Origin: an uncultured Candidatus Saccharibacteria bacterium
GTDB taxonomy: Bacteria > Patescibacteriota > Minisyncoccia > Phycocordibacterales > JACNGX01
Assembly (NCBI GenBank): GCA_964621395.1
Contig: CAZULS010000002.1
Location: 23,306-87,305, forward strand
Length of the DNA: 64,000 nt
Reading direction: 5' to 3'
This document shows positions 9,518 to 19,431 of the stretch, in pieces. Positions within the stretch are counted from its first letter, which is position 1, and the number at the start of each line of letters is the position of its first letter. The position numbers and the translations under genes are program-made. The notes under the pieces were generated by a model. That model was not told where the DNA came from, did no database searches, and saw only the letters and a list, made by a program, of their open reading frames with translations.

Positions 9518-10954
9518 ATGAATACGAATGATATATTCGGTATATCTCTTGCGAGGGTCGTCTCCGGGCTTGTTGCTTTTGTGTGTATTTTGGGCGTATG
9601 TGCCACGGGGCTTTCGCTTGTGCATGCCGATGACACGGACGAGCGTCGTGCCGAGCTTGAAGCGGAGCTTGCGGAAGTGCAGGCGGAGTATGAAGAATTG
9701 GAACGACAGAAAAATGCCCTGCAGCGCGAAAGCGTGTCGTATGAGCGCGATTTGGAAATTCTCAATTATCAAATCAATCAGGCCGCGGCGGTTATCAGAT
9801 CGCTTAATCTCGGCATTGAAGACCTCAATATCGATATTGATAAAAAAGAAGAAATCATCGGTTTCCTTTCCGATAAACTTTCTCGACAGAAGCGCTCACT
9901 CGGTCAGCTCATCAAAAAAACAGACGAACTCGATTCCTTCTCACTTGTGGAGGTCATGTTGTCGAATAAAAACCTCTCCGAATTTTTTATCGATTTGGAT
10001 TCTTTTGACGCCATTGAAAAGTCATTGAATGAATCATTCCGAGAAATCGAGACGACAAAAGAGTTTACCCATGAGCAAAAGAGTGCGCTCGAGTCCACAC
10101 TGGAAGAGCAGATTGAGCTTCGCAATATGGAGCTTTTTGAGAAAGCGCAGATTGACGAAAAGCAAAAAGAGAAATCGGATCTTCTGAATCTCAAAGAAGA
10201 GGAGATTAAAACATATGAATCATCGCTTGAAGAAAAGGAGAAAACGATTGCCGAGATTAAGGCAGCACTCTTCTCCCTTCGTGACTCCACCGACATTTCA
10301 TTCGGTGAGGCGGTGGAATATGCAAGAATTGCATCCTCAAAAACAGGTGTCCGCCCGGCACTTGTATTGGCAATTCTGAAGCGCGAATCGGATATGGGGA
10401 AAAATGTGGGCACGTGTAATCGTCCCGGTGACTCGCGCGATTGGGACGACATCATGCCCGGTCCGGTGCATTATCGCAATTATGTCGCCAATGGAAAATC
10501 GTGTATCGGCGCTGCTTCACCGTGTTCGTGGCGCGACGACCAAACCACCTTCCTTGATATTGCCGATCGTCTCGGTATTGATTACAATTCCGTGCCGCTT
10601 TCGTGTCCGGCGGGGGCGAGCTTGTGGGGTGGTGCGATGGGACCGGCGCAGTTTATCCCAACGACATGGAGCTTGCTCGAAGACCGTATCGGACAGCTCA
10701 CCGGACATAATCCGCCATCGCCGTGGGATCCGTATGATGCTTTTGTTGCTTCAGCCATGCTTCTGAAAGACAACGGCGCTACGAAATCATATTCAGGATG
10801 CAATCAAACGACCAGCGCGGAGAAATGTGCGGCGTTGCGCTACTTTGCCGGTTGGGGACAGCCATATTCGCTCGGTGAACTCTCATACGGAAATTACGTT
10901 ATGGAATGGGCGGCAGAATATCAAAGCCAGATTGATATTTTGGATGGGGAGTAG
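9518..10954 (+). CDS. Secreted coiled-coil lytic murein transglycosylase
   Basis: Signal peptide, long coiled coil, ILKRES catalytic Glu, GAMGPAQFIPTTW SLT motif. Confidence 0.85.
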   Translation: MNTNDIFGISLARVVSGLVAFVCILGVCATGLSLVHADDTDERRAELEAELAEVQAEYEELERQKNALQRESVSYERDLEILNYQINQAAAVIRSLNLGIEDLNIDIDKKEEIIGFLSDKLSRQKRSLGQLIKKTDELDSFSLVEVMLSNKNLSEFFIDLDSFDAIEKSLNESFREIETTKEFTHEQKSALESTLEEQIELRNMELFEKAQIDEKQKEKSDLLNLKEEEIKTYESSLEEKEKTIAEIKAALFSLRDSTDISFGEAVEYARIASSKTGVRPALVLAILKRESDMGKNVGTCNRPGDSRDWDDIMPGPVHYRNYVANGKSCIGAASPCSWRDDQTTFLDIADRLGIDYNSVPLSCPAGASLWGGAMGPAQFIPTTWSLLEDRIGQLTGHNPPSPWDPYDAFVASAMLLKDNGATKSYSGCNQTTSAEKCAALRYFAGWGQPYSLGELSYGNYVMEWAAEYQSQIDILDGE

Positions 10955-11376
10955 AGAAATGATAGGTTGGGAGTCAAGAGTGAAGAGTTGAGAGATGAGA
11001 GATGTGGTTGTTGGAGTTTAGCCAAAAGATAGGGAAGTTTTTAGTGGGTAGTTTTTAGTTTTTAGGAACGGCGCGCTACGCGCGCCTTAAAGATGAAGAA
11101 AGCGGCGGCACCTTCGGTGCCGCCGCTTTTTCTATTCCTTGCTTTGCCCGAGCATGGCTTACCATGCTTTAAGGTCATCCCGCACTCTTGCCCCGCTCAG
11201 TTTTCCTTTTTCTTGAAAACTGGGGCGTGGGTGATGCGAGATCTTCGAGTTTTTACCATAAAATTGGTAATTTTCGATGAAAATCGAGCTGCCCTTGACA
11301 ATATATATCAATATGGTAGATATATTATAGGAAGTCAAATGAGTAAAATATTGTTAATCTCAAAAAAAGAACAACA

Positions 11377-11763
11377 ATGGTACAAGAAACAACGAAAGAA
11401 GCTTTTAATCTTCGCCCGCAAAGTGTCGTCGTTGCCCTTGACAGGATGGGTTTCTCTATTGAGGAAACATATCATCCTGCAACATATGCAAAAAGCGGTT
11501 TGTATGCGGGGCAGTCTCTTCGTATCAGTGCGCACCACAAAAGGTGCGATATACGCGTCACTATCTACGGCAACGAGTTGTCAGTAGAGGAACGCGCGAA
11601 GATAAACGAGAATCTTCCTCCTGTGGTACCCAAGACTTTTACCGAATTTAGAGTCTTCAGTTCCGTTGGAGATAGCGAAAAAATAGAAGAAAATATCGTA
11701 GAAGCTAAGGGATTTTACAACAACTTCCTCACAGTGGTTAATAGCCACATAATAGAGAGCTAA
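11377..11763 (+). CDS. Hypothetical protein (orphan cassette)
   Basis: 128-aa ORF, TTGACA at 11296, terminator at about 11796-11823. Confidence 0.6.
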   Translation: MVQETTKEAFNLRPQSVVVALDRMGFSIEETYHPATYAKSGLYAGQSLRISAHHKRCDIRVTIYGNELSVEERAKINENLPPVVPKTFTEFRVFSSVGDSEKIEENIVEAKGFYNNFLTVVNSHIIES

Positions 11764-11973
11764 CCTCTTGTAAAATCCATAGTACATTGTGCGGAGTGTG
11801 GAGCATCGCTGCTCCACTTTTTTGTGCTAGGCGGGGCGAAAGCCCCGCCGTATTCTCGTAACTCGATACTCGCAACTCGAAACTTACCGAACGTTGTATT
11901 CGAGCCCTTTTTTCTCTTAACTCACACCTCCTCTTGACTCTCAACTCGTAATCTTTTATACTCCTCCATACAT

Positions 11974-12228
11974 ATGAAAAAAGACATCCATCCCGACTTT
12001 CATACCGATACGAAGGCAACGTGCTCATGTGGCGCGGAATTTTCCGTTGGTTCTACGAAAGACGCGATTTCCATGGAAATCTGCAGCCGGTGTCATCCGT
12101 TTTATACCGGAAAAGAAAAGGTGCTTGATACTGCCGGTCGCGTGGACAAATTCAAGCAACGCATGGCGAAAGCTGCCGCGTCTAAGTCGTCGAAGACGAC
12201 CGACCAAGGAAAGGAAGACAAAAAATAG
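11974..12228 (+). CDS. rpmE: 50S ribosomal protein bL31
   Basis: [27 protein letters not shown]. Confidence 0.97.
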   Translation: MKKDIHPDFHTDTKATCSCGAEFSVGSTKDAISMEICSRCHPFYTGKEKVLDTAGRVDKFKQRMAKAAASKSSKTTDQGKEDKK

Positions 12229-12392
12229 CTCAATATATAAAGAAACCGCGCTTTTCCTGTGGGAAAAGCGCGGTTTCGTCTGTATAATGAAGCCGCTAAG
12301 AGTTACCCGCGGTCTTCCTGCTAGGTTTAACCTAGAAAAGTTATCCACAGTTTGTTCCAAAGGTTTAACCTTTGGAAAATCCAAGAATAAAT

Positions 12393-13364
12393 ATGAGCGA
12401 TACATTGCCACCAATTGAAGAATTGAAAGAAAATCCAAAAACCGCATTCCTTGTCGGCGAGCTTGAGCGTGTGGAGAGTGAGATGGGGAAGACACGTGCG
12501 CTCGCTGAGAGTGATCCGGGCATGGCGGAGCTTGCCGAAAGTGAGCTTGCGGACTTGGAAGCACAGAAAAAGGGTATCGAAGAGCAGGTGAAGAAAATTG
12601 TGAAAGCTGAGGAAGAAGAGCAACGTTTCCCGAATGAACTTATCTTGGAAGTGCGCGCCGGCGCCGGCGGGGAAGAAGCTGCGCTTTTTGCCCAAGAACT
12701 TGCTGAGATGTATGAACGATATGCCGAGCGCAGAGCGTGGCAATTTCGTAAGCTCGATGTGTCGGAGAGCGAGCTTGGCGGCTATAAAGAGGGAACATTC
12801 GAAATCAAAGGACTTGGTTGCTATAAAGATCTGCGCTATGAAATGGGTGTACATCGCGTGCAGCGTATTCCCGCCACGGAGAAGCAGGGGCGTATCCATA
12901 CCTCCACAGCATCGGTTGCAATTATGCCGGTGCGTAAAAAGACGACGATTACGATTGATCCATCGGAGCTTGATATTGAATTCTCCCGATCGGGCGGTGC
13001 CGGCGGACAAAATGTGAATAAAGTGGAAACGGCTGTGCGTCTCATTCACAAGCCGACAGGCATAGCGGTGCGCTGCCAATCCGAGCGAACACAGCAGAAG
13101 AATAGAGAGAAGGCCCTTGGGTTGCTCGAGGCGCGTCTTCAGGCTGAAAAGGATGAAGAGGAGGCGAAAAAGCACGCCGATACGCGCCGAGATCAGATTG
13201 GTACCGGTGACCGATCTGAAAAAATCCGCACATATAATGTGCCGCAAAATCGCGTGACTGATCACCGCATCAAAGAATCATGGCATAATATCGAAGGGAT
13301 TTTGGGAGGTGATTTGGATGATATTGTAGAGGCGTTTATAGAACCAGTCTCATTGAAAACGTGA
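12393..13364 (+). CDS. prfA: Peptide chain release factor 1
   Basis: PAT tripeptide, GGQ motif, RSEKIRTYN. Last codons are supplied by an inserted element. Confidence 0.93.
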   Translation: MSDTLPPIEELKENPKTAFLVGELERVESEMGKTRALAESDPGMAELAESELADLEAQKKGIEEQVKKIVKAEEEEQRFPNELILEVRAGAGGEEAALFAQELAEMYERYAERRAWQFRKLDVSESELGGYKEGTFEIKGLGCYKDLRYEMGVHRVQRIPATEKQGRIHTSTASVAIMPVRKKTTITIDPSELDIEFSRSGGAGGQNVNKVETAVRLIHKPTGIAVRCQSERTQQKNREKALGLLEARLQAEKDEEEAKKHADTRRDQIGTGDRSEKIRTYNVPQNRVTDHRIKESWHNIEGILGGDLDDIVEAFIEPVSLKT

Positions 13365-13527
13365 AAAAAGAATCGTACTCAAGAGCTGCGCTTGGCAGTT
13401 CTCGCACTCACACTGCGGCTGCACCTTGTCGCTCAACCACACCGTACGATAGTACGCTGTAGTCTCCGCGACGTCGGCTCGCTCGCAGTGTGAGCGCGAG
13501 AACAGCCATTTTCAGTGAGACTGGTTC
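13341..13527. mobile_element. ~187-bp MITE-like structured element, copy 1 (in the 3' end of prfA)
   Basis: TIR GAACCAGTCTCAYTGAAAA, TA on both sides, homologous to 31416-31609. Confidence 0.85.
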
Positions 13528-13714
13528 TAGAACCAGAGGGAGAATAAAAGTTTATTTTGAGTTTTCCACATATTGCCAAGATCCCCTTTCTTCTTGCGGT
13601 TGAAATACGGTATACTAAAGATAGCTCATAGTGGCTGTCTTTTTCCGTGTATTTCCTTGTGATGTGTGAAATGGCGCGGTCTCATTTAATTATTTTAATC
13701 AATTGTATTTTTGT

Positions 13715-16129
13715 ATGTCTTATATTACGAAAGTCTTCTCCGCGCTCACTCTCGTATGTGCTCTGTGTGGTATTGCCTCACTTGCATATGCGCAAGAAGT
13801 GGAGACTGTTGAATTTACCATTGTGGCGGAGGTGTCTGTCTTTGATGCTTCTGTTGTTCAAGAACAGAATACGCTCACAGCGTCATTTATCATTGCCAAC
13901 GGTGCCGATACCGTTCAATCCGACATTCGCTACGGTATGGAGTTATGGAGTGTTTCAGCGCAGCAAGGTGAGGCATCCATTCGCGTCCACACAGCTGTTG
14001 CCGATGAAACGATTGCGCTCGCTCCGGGAGAAGTTCGTGCAAAGGCAATAACTGCCACTATACCAACATCTCTTTCTGGACTCTACAGAGTATCTATTGT
14101 TGCCGAAACATTGAGTGGCATGCCACTGGGACGTACCTCAGCCGGCTTTGTCCAACTGGAGGAGACAGCAGGTGGCAGCACAGTGATTAATCAAAGCACG
14201 TGTTATACGGAAGTTTCCGGTGGCGACACAGCATACTCCACTCGACAGGGTGTGGATGTGACAGCCACAGAAACACTTACCATGACCTGTGACGTAGTCC
14301 ACAGTGGTGGAGACACCACACTCACTCCACTTTTTGTGACCACCGAACGATCACTCTATGGTGAAGAAGTGGGAAGCGATACCGGCACATCAGTATCCCT
14401 TACCGAAGGTGTACAAGAGGTTATCTTCACTATCCCAACTCCTCTAGCTCCTCAGGCATACGATACAACAGTAACTCTTTATGATGCATCGTCTGCTGTG
14501 TCCAACACAGCGAGCATCCACTATGTTGTCCAAGGTGCGAGCGCTACCATCCAAAACATCACGCTTGATAATACAACCTATCAAGAGGGGGACACAGCCA
14601 CTGCATCTCTCTTTGTGACCGGTATTGCCGGTGCATTCCCTGACGCTCGCAATGAAGCAGGGTCACTTTCAAATCCCACTCTTGTCGCCACGCTTGAAAG
14701 CGTATCAGGTATTGCCTGTGCTGAGCCGGTGAGCACCTCCCTTACAGAACTTGAAGTAGAGAACACCGCGTTTGTCGATGTATCATTTGCCGTGACTCGT
14801 ACGTGTCCTGATGCAACCGTTTCTCTCGAAGTGAAGGATGATTCGGGTGTTTTGGCTTCACATACAGCTGTAACCATGGCGACGCCCGAGGCGGCAGGAC
14901 CCGCATCTGCAATTGCCATTATTGTCTTAGTGGTTATTGCCGGTGTGGTCATCTTTATTGTCACCCGTGCTGACAAGAAGTTGCCGACGGCAGCGATTAT
15001 GATTGTGGTTGTTTCTGCAATGTTTGTGTGGGGAGGAGGTGTCGAAGCATATAAGTACAAGTCAACAAAAGAGAGTATGAAGGTAGGAGGAACGAGTTTT
15101 ACCGCGGTCTTCAAGAGAATTGTCTTAAGCACTACAGATGTTGCGATATTTACACTGCAGGGGAGTATCAACAGAAAAGAATATAATCCTGGAGAGAATG
15201 TGTTGGTTGATGCAAGCATCCGGTCTTCAGTGTGTAACAACACATCTTCCGAAGTGGGCATGGGCTGGGCCGTCAATGAAGGTGAAATCAGAGGATTGTT
15301 TACTCAGACGATTGATAATAGTGATACAAAAGGATATGGATGTCAAAACTCGGCAGGGTGGTGTAATATTCATGAGACGGCAGCTTTTGACCAATATTTA
15401 GTCCCGAGCCCTGGTGAGCACAATGCACGATTTGCTATCACAGGATTTGCGCTCCATGAAGATACAGGACACAAAGAGACAATTATAGGCAATATTCTTA
15501 TTCCTTTCACCGTTATTGCACCGCCAGATCCTGTTGCCTCTCTCAACGCTCAACCCAACATTGTCTTTGAAGGAGATAGCACCCTTCTCACATGGACATC
15601 TGCAAATGTGGCTTCCTGTGTGGCAGAATCCAATCCTCCGGTATCCGGTTGGGAGGGAAGCGTTACCGCTGATATGCAAGACAGCATGATTGTTGGTCCG
15701 TTGGCGCTTGTCGATCCGCCGGTGTATCTCTTCTCGATTTCATGTATTAACGATGAGAATGAAATTGTCGAAGACTCTGTTCAAGTGTTCGTAGAAGAGA
15801 AAACACTTCCGGAATGTTCTGACGGCGCCGAGAACGACGGCGACGGGTGGATTGATGAGGAAGACCCTGGTTGTATCAATGATGGCATCTATGATCCAAA
15901 TGACGACAATGAAAGCAATGATTCACCGGCATGTTCTGATGGTTCCGACAATGATGATGACAATCAAATAGATGCTGCCGATCCAGGATGTAGTAATGGC
16001 AATGATCCCGATGAATCGGATGAGCCAACGGAACCCGAGGACGATGGTGACGATACTGCAGATCCGGGAGATGGAGGTGATACAGGAGATACTGTCGATC
16101 CTGATGAGATTGACTTCTCGGAGTTCTAA
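13715..16129 (+). CDS. Large cell-surface protein with Ig-like beta-rich regions and Cys/Asp-rich Ca-binding-like repeats
   Basis: Signal peptide, Thr/Val-rich body, two central hydrophobic segments, two CSDGxxNDxDxxIDxxDPGC repeats. Confidence 0.75.
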   Translation: MSYITKVFSALTLVCALCGIASLAYAQEVETVEFTIVAEVSVFDASVVQEQNTLTASFIIANGADTVQSDIRYGMELWSVSAQQGEASIRVHTAVADETIALAPGEVRAKAITATIPTSLSGLYRVSIVAETLSGMPLGRTSAGFVQLEETAGGSTVINQSTCYTEVSGGDTAYSTRQGVDVTATETLTMTCDVVHSGGDTTLTPLFVTTERSLYGEEVGSDTGTSVSLTEGVQEVIFTIPTPLAPQAYDTTVTLYDASSAVSNTASIHYVVQGASATIQNITLDNTTYQEGDTATASLFVTGIAGAFPDARNEAGSLSNPTLVATLESVSGIACAEPVSTSLTELEVENTAFVDVSFAVTRTCPDATVSLEVKDDSGVLASHTAVTMATPEAAGPASAIAIIVLVVIAGVVIFIVTRADKKLPTAAIMIVVVSAMFVWGGGVEAYKYKSTKESMKVGGTSFTAVFKRIVLSTTDVAIFTLQGSINRKEYNPGENVLVDASIRSSVCNNTSSEVGMGWAVNEGEIRGLFTQTIDNSDTKGYGCQNSAGWCNIHETAAFDQYLVPSPGEHNARFAITGFALHEDTGHKETIIGNILIPFTVIAPPDPVASLNAQPNIVFEGDSTLLTWTSANVASCVAESNPPVSGWEGSVTADMQDSMIVGPLALVDPPVYLFSISCINDENEIVEDSVQVFVEEKTLPECSDGAENDGDGWIDEEDPGCINDGIYDPNDDNESNDSPACSDGSDNDDDNQIDAADPGCSNGNDPDESDEPTEPEDDGDDTADPGDGGDTGDTVDPDEIDFSEF

Positions 16130-16253
16130 TGTCCATTTCCAGCACTCGTGCAAATACGCCCTTCAAGGGCGTATTTGTTTTTATGGACTCATAAGACGAG
16201 AACATATCTGGTGCTTGCGCTTTTTTCTTTTCTCTGCTAGTATTTTACCCTAT

Positions 16254-16979
16254 ATGAACAAGACCGTAAGTGTTTCCGATATGTTTAACGCAGGGGCCCA
16301 TTTTGGGTACTCCAAAGCACGCCGTCATCCTTCCATGAAGAAATTCATCTTTGGCGTGAAGAATAAGACCGAAGTCTTTGATCTTGAAAAGACTGCCGGT
16401 TGCCTTTCTGATGTTGAAGCGTATGTTGCCGAGCTTGCCGAAGGTGGTAAAAAGATTCTCTTTGTCGGCAGCAAACCTGAAGCGCGAAAGGTGGTTGAAG
16501 GTGCTGGTAACGCACTCTCTATGCCATATGTGGCATCACGATGGATTGGCGGTACACTTACCAACTTTTCTGAAGTGAAAAAGCGCGTGGCGCGATTGGA
16601 GGAGCTTACCGAGAAGCGTGAAAAAGGTGAACTCTCTGTGTATACCAAAAAGGAACGTTTGCTCTTTGATCGCGAGATTGAAGATCTGGAAGCGCGTTTT
16701 GGCGGTTTGCGTGGTATGAAAGAAATGCCAGCAGCACTCTTTGTTGTTGATCCGAAGGCTGAAGAGATTGCTGTTCTTGAAGCACAGAAAAAGGGGATTC
16801 CTGTCTTGGCGCTTGCATCATCGGATTGTGATGCGAAAGCGGTGAAGTTGGTGATTCCGGCAAACGATTCTTCACGCGGCAGTATCGAACTCTTTGTGAC
16901 CAAGGTTGTAGAGGCGTACAAGAGCGGACAGGGCAAGAAAAAAGAAGAAAAGAAAGAGGAACATACGAATAACGAATAA
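16254..16979 (+). CDS. rpsB: 30S ribosomal protein uS2
   Basis: AGAHFG, RWIGGTLTNF, IPANDSS. Confidence 0.97.
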   Translation: MNKTVSVSDMFNAGAHFGYSKARRHPSMKKFIFGVKNKTEVFDLEKTAGCLSDVEAYVAELAEGGKKILFVGSKPEARKVVEGAGNALSMPYVASRWIGGTLTNFSEVKKRVARLEELTEKREKGELSVYTKKERLLFDREIEDLEARFGGLRGMKEMPAALFVVDPKAEEIAVLEAQKKGIPVLALASSDCDAKAVKLVIPANDSSRGSIELFVTKVVEAYKSGQGKKKEEKKEEHTNNE

Positions 16980-17304
16980 TACATTGGGTACGAAGTACGA
17001 ACACATACGAACATACGAAGACTGCTCGCAGTGAGTCACTTGTTGTCATCAAGCACCATACTTTTGACTTCGTGAAGAATATATTCTCTTCAGAAACATA
17101 TTTACTGACAAGCATATTCATTTTCAAACACATAAGTATGGTGCTCGATCCAGGAAACGTACGAAGATTCTGAATCAAGTTCAGGATGACATCGAAAGTG
17201 GTTTATATGTCAAAAATCAGATTCGTATGTTCGTACCAATTCGTAGTTCGTAACTTCTTAATTTCCTAACTTACTAATCTCCTAATTTACTAACGTACTA
17301 TCGT

Positions 17305-17892
17305 ATGGTAACCACAGACAATATCAAAGCATTACGTGAAAAGACCGGTGTATCGGTCATGCAGTGTAAAAAGGCCCTTGAAGAAGCCGGTGGCGACATG
17401 GAGAAAGCAACCATCCTTCTCCATAAATTGAGCAGTGCGGCGGCTGAGAAGAAGGCAGATCGTGAGCTTGGCGCAGGAACAGTTGCCGGCTATACTCACA
17501 CAAGTGGCACAGTTGGCGCCATGGTGGAGCTTTTGTGCGAGACGGATTTTGTCGCAAAGAATGAAGAATTCAAAGCGCTCGCATACGATATAGCTATGCA
17601 TGTTGCGGCGGCACAGCCGGTGTATCTTTCTATGGACGATGTGGATGAAGAGGAGCGTGCAAAAGCTAAGGAGGCATTCAAGAAAGAGGTGGAGGAATCT
17701 GATAAGCCTGAAGATATCAAAGAAAAGATGCTTGAAGGAAAGATCACGAATTACCTCAAGGAAAAAGTGTTGCTCGAGCAGGCATTTATTAAAGATCCGA
17801 ATATGACGATTGGTGCTTTGGTGGACGGCGCGGTACAGAAGTTTGGAGAAAAGACACAGCTCGGTCGTTTTGCGCGTTTTTCAATTGATTAA
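17305..17892 (+). CDS. tsf: Elongation factor Ts (short form)
   Basis: LREKTGVSVMQCKKAL, ELLCETDFVA. Confidence 0.97.
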   Translation: MVTTDNIKALREKTGVSVMQCKKALEEAGGDMEKATILLHKLSSAAAEKKADRELGAGTVAGYTHTSGTVGAMVELLCETDFVAKNEEFKALAYDIAMHVAAAQPVYLSMDDVDEEERAKAKEAFKKEVEESDKPEDIKEKMLEGKITNYLKEKVLLEQAFIKDPNMTIGALVDGAVQKFGEKTQLGRFARFSID

Positions 17893-17928
17893 GCGTGCAT
17901 TCACTGGAGTTTTAAGTAGACAGGTTCT

Positions 17929-18402
17929 ATGGACATTGTTCTTCCCATTGCTCTCATAACGGCACTTGCGTGTGTGGAGGTCTGTGCGGCACTTCTCTAT
18001 CGCGGATGGGAATTGTCGCGTGAGGATGTGCCCGAACATATTCACACCCATCGTGCAATGCGCACATATGCCGAAGACAGTGTTGATCGTATGGTTACTG
18101 TCCTTAAGGCTGGTATTGCACGAACATGGCACTCTCATATCATTCCCGCAGGAGTACGTGTGAAAAAAAATATTGTCCGGGCGGCGGCAGACTTTGCCCC
18201 CACGGCATATGTCATGCGAGTGTATAATGCAATTCGTGGACTGCATACAGGACATGAACATGAGGAGGGAGAAAACGCATCGTCATTTCTTCAGGAAGTA
18301 CATGCGCATAAAAATGGAAATACGCATACGTATGAGAAACAGGTTTCAGAAGAACGTGCAGAAGAAAGTAGCAAAAAAGCGGAGGAGCATGACAAGAAGT
18401 AG
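17929..18402 (+). CDS. Hypothetical protein with N-terminal TM
   Basis: 157-aa ORF colinear with tsf, ASSFLQEV..HK C-terminal motif. Confidence 0.6.
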   Translation: MDIVLPIALITALACVEVCAALLYRGWELSREDVPEHIHTHRAMRTYAEDSVDRMVTVLKAGIARTWHSHIIPAGVRVKKNIVRAAADFAPTAYVMRVYNAIRGLHTGHEHEEGENASSFLQEVHAHKNGNTHTYEKQVSEERAEESSKKAEEHDKK

Positions 18403-18449
18403 TTTTCATTGTATTATCAACGAAGTCCGTCTTCGCTTGAGTCTATAGT

Positions 18450-18525
18450 GCCGATGTAGCTCAGTTGGTAGAGCAACGGTTTTGTAAACCGTCGGTCGTC
18501 GGTTCGAGTCCGACCATCGGCTCCA
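18450..18525 (+). tRNA. tRNA-Thr(TGT)
   Basis: GCCGATG/CATCGGC acceptor, ACGGT-TTTGTAA-ACCGT, encoded CCA. Confidence 0.97.
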
Positions 18526-18691
18526 CAATACAAATGAGAAATACGAAAAATGAAATATGTATAGGTCGCGCTGCCACGCAACCTTGGCGTATATTCTCCT
18601 ATCGATATCATGCCGCATGATATGGGATGGGTACGAAAAGAGCTCACAAAGAAAAGCCCCCTCAGGGGCTTTTCTTTATGGGCCTGGGGTC

Positions 18692-19402
18692 TTATTCCTC
18701 GCTGTCGTCTTCAGCAGTCGTTGTGGCGGTTTCTTCTTCCTCGTCGGGGATTTTGAGTGATTCGGGGAGGAGACTTTCAATGGTTTCTCTGCTTTGGAAG
18801 CCGGCGAAGACGGTGTCGTCGAGAATAATCGCAGGCAGTGTTTCGGCTGAGATACCATAGAGCGCAACGAGCGTCTCCACAGCCGAGAGAGCAATGTGAT
18901 AGTCAAAAGCGTAGACGCGCACGCCCGGATAGTGTTCACGAATATATGTCAGCACATATCCCTCCCTTTCACAATCGGCACAATCACCTTCATTGGAATA
19001 GAAATAGAGAATGGAAACGGGTTCGTCGCCGCAGGCGCGACCGATTTTTTTCATGAGAAGATAATCTTTGATTTGGAGAAGCGAGTAGTATTCCTTGAGT
19101 CGAATCACTTCCTCGTCGTCTGAGCCGCGGCGTGCTTCCATGTATCCAAGGCGGCTGGCGAGGGAATTGATTTCGCGGGAGAGGACGGAATTATCAATAT
19201 CGTCGCAGGAGACCTCTGCCAAAAGATCGAATTGAGTTTCAATGGAGAGAATGTCGATGGAGATATTATCTTCAATGGATTTGATTTCACTCAAACGGCG
19301 TTCCTGAAGAAAGCCGGAAATCCACATGGCGGCAATGAAGATAAGGACGGTAATAAGAAGCGCGAGTGCGTATTTTTTCCAGTCGATAGGGCGAGAATCC
19401 AT
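18692..19402 (-). CDS. Membrane-anchored protein with thioredoxin-like CxxC domain
   Basis: N-terminal TM, LYFYS..DCADC, LPAIIL. Confidence 0.7.
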   Translation of the reverse strand: MDSRPIDWKKYALALLITVLIFIAAMWISGFLQERRLSEIKSIEDNISIDILSIETQFDLLAEVSCDDIDNSVLSREINSLASRLGYMEARRGSDDEEVIRLKEYYSLLQIKDYLLMKKIGRACGDEPVSILYFYSNEGDCADCEREGYVLTYIREHYPGVRVYAFDYHIALSAVETLVALYGISAETLPAIILDDTVFAGFQSRETIESLLPESLKIPDEEEETATTTAEDDSEE

Positions 19403-19431
19403 AGTGGGGCTATACTAGCACGAACAAGTGT

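Noticed and set aside
15972-16253. Apparent N-terminal extensions of RpsB (and similarly RpsP, ThrS, RpmF, RpoC, PilT)
   Set aside because: These are longest-ORF artefacts. Downstream ATGs match family N-termini and mostly follow -10 boxes.
17910-17929. AGACAGGTTCTA matching one end of the ~185-bp element
   Set aside because: No partner TIR or internal motifs were found. It is at most a remnant.
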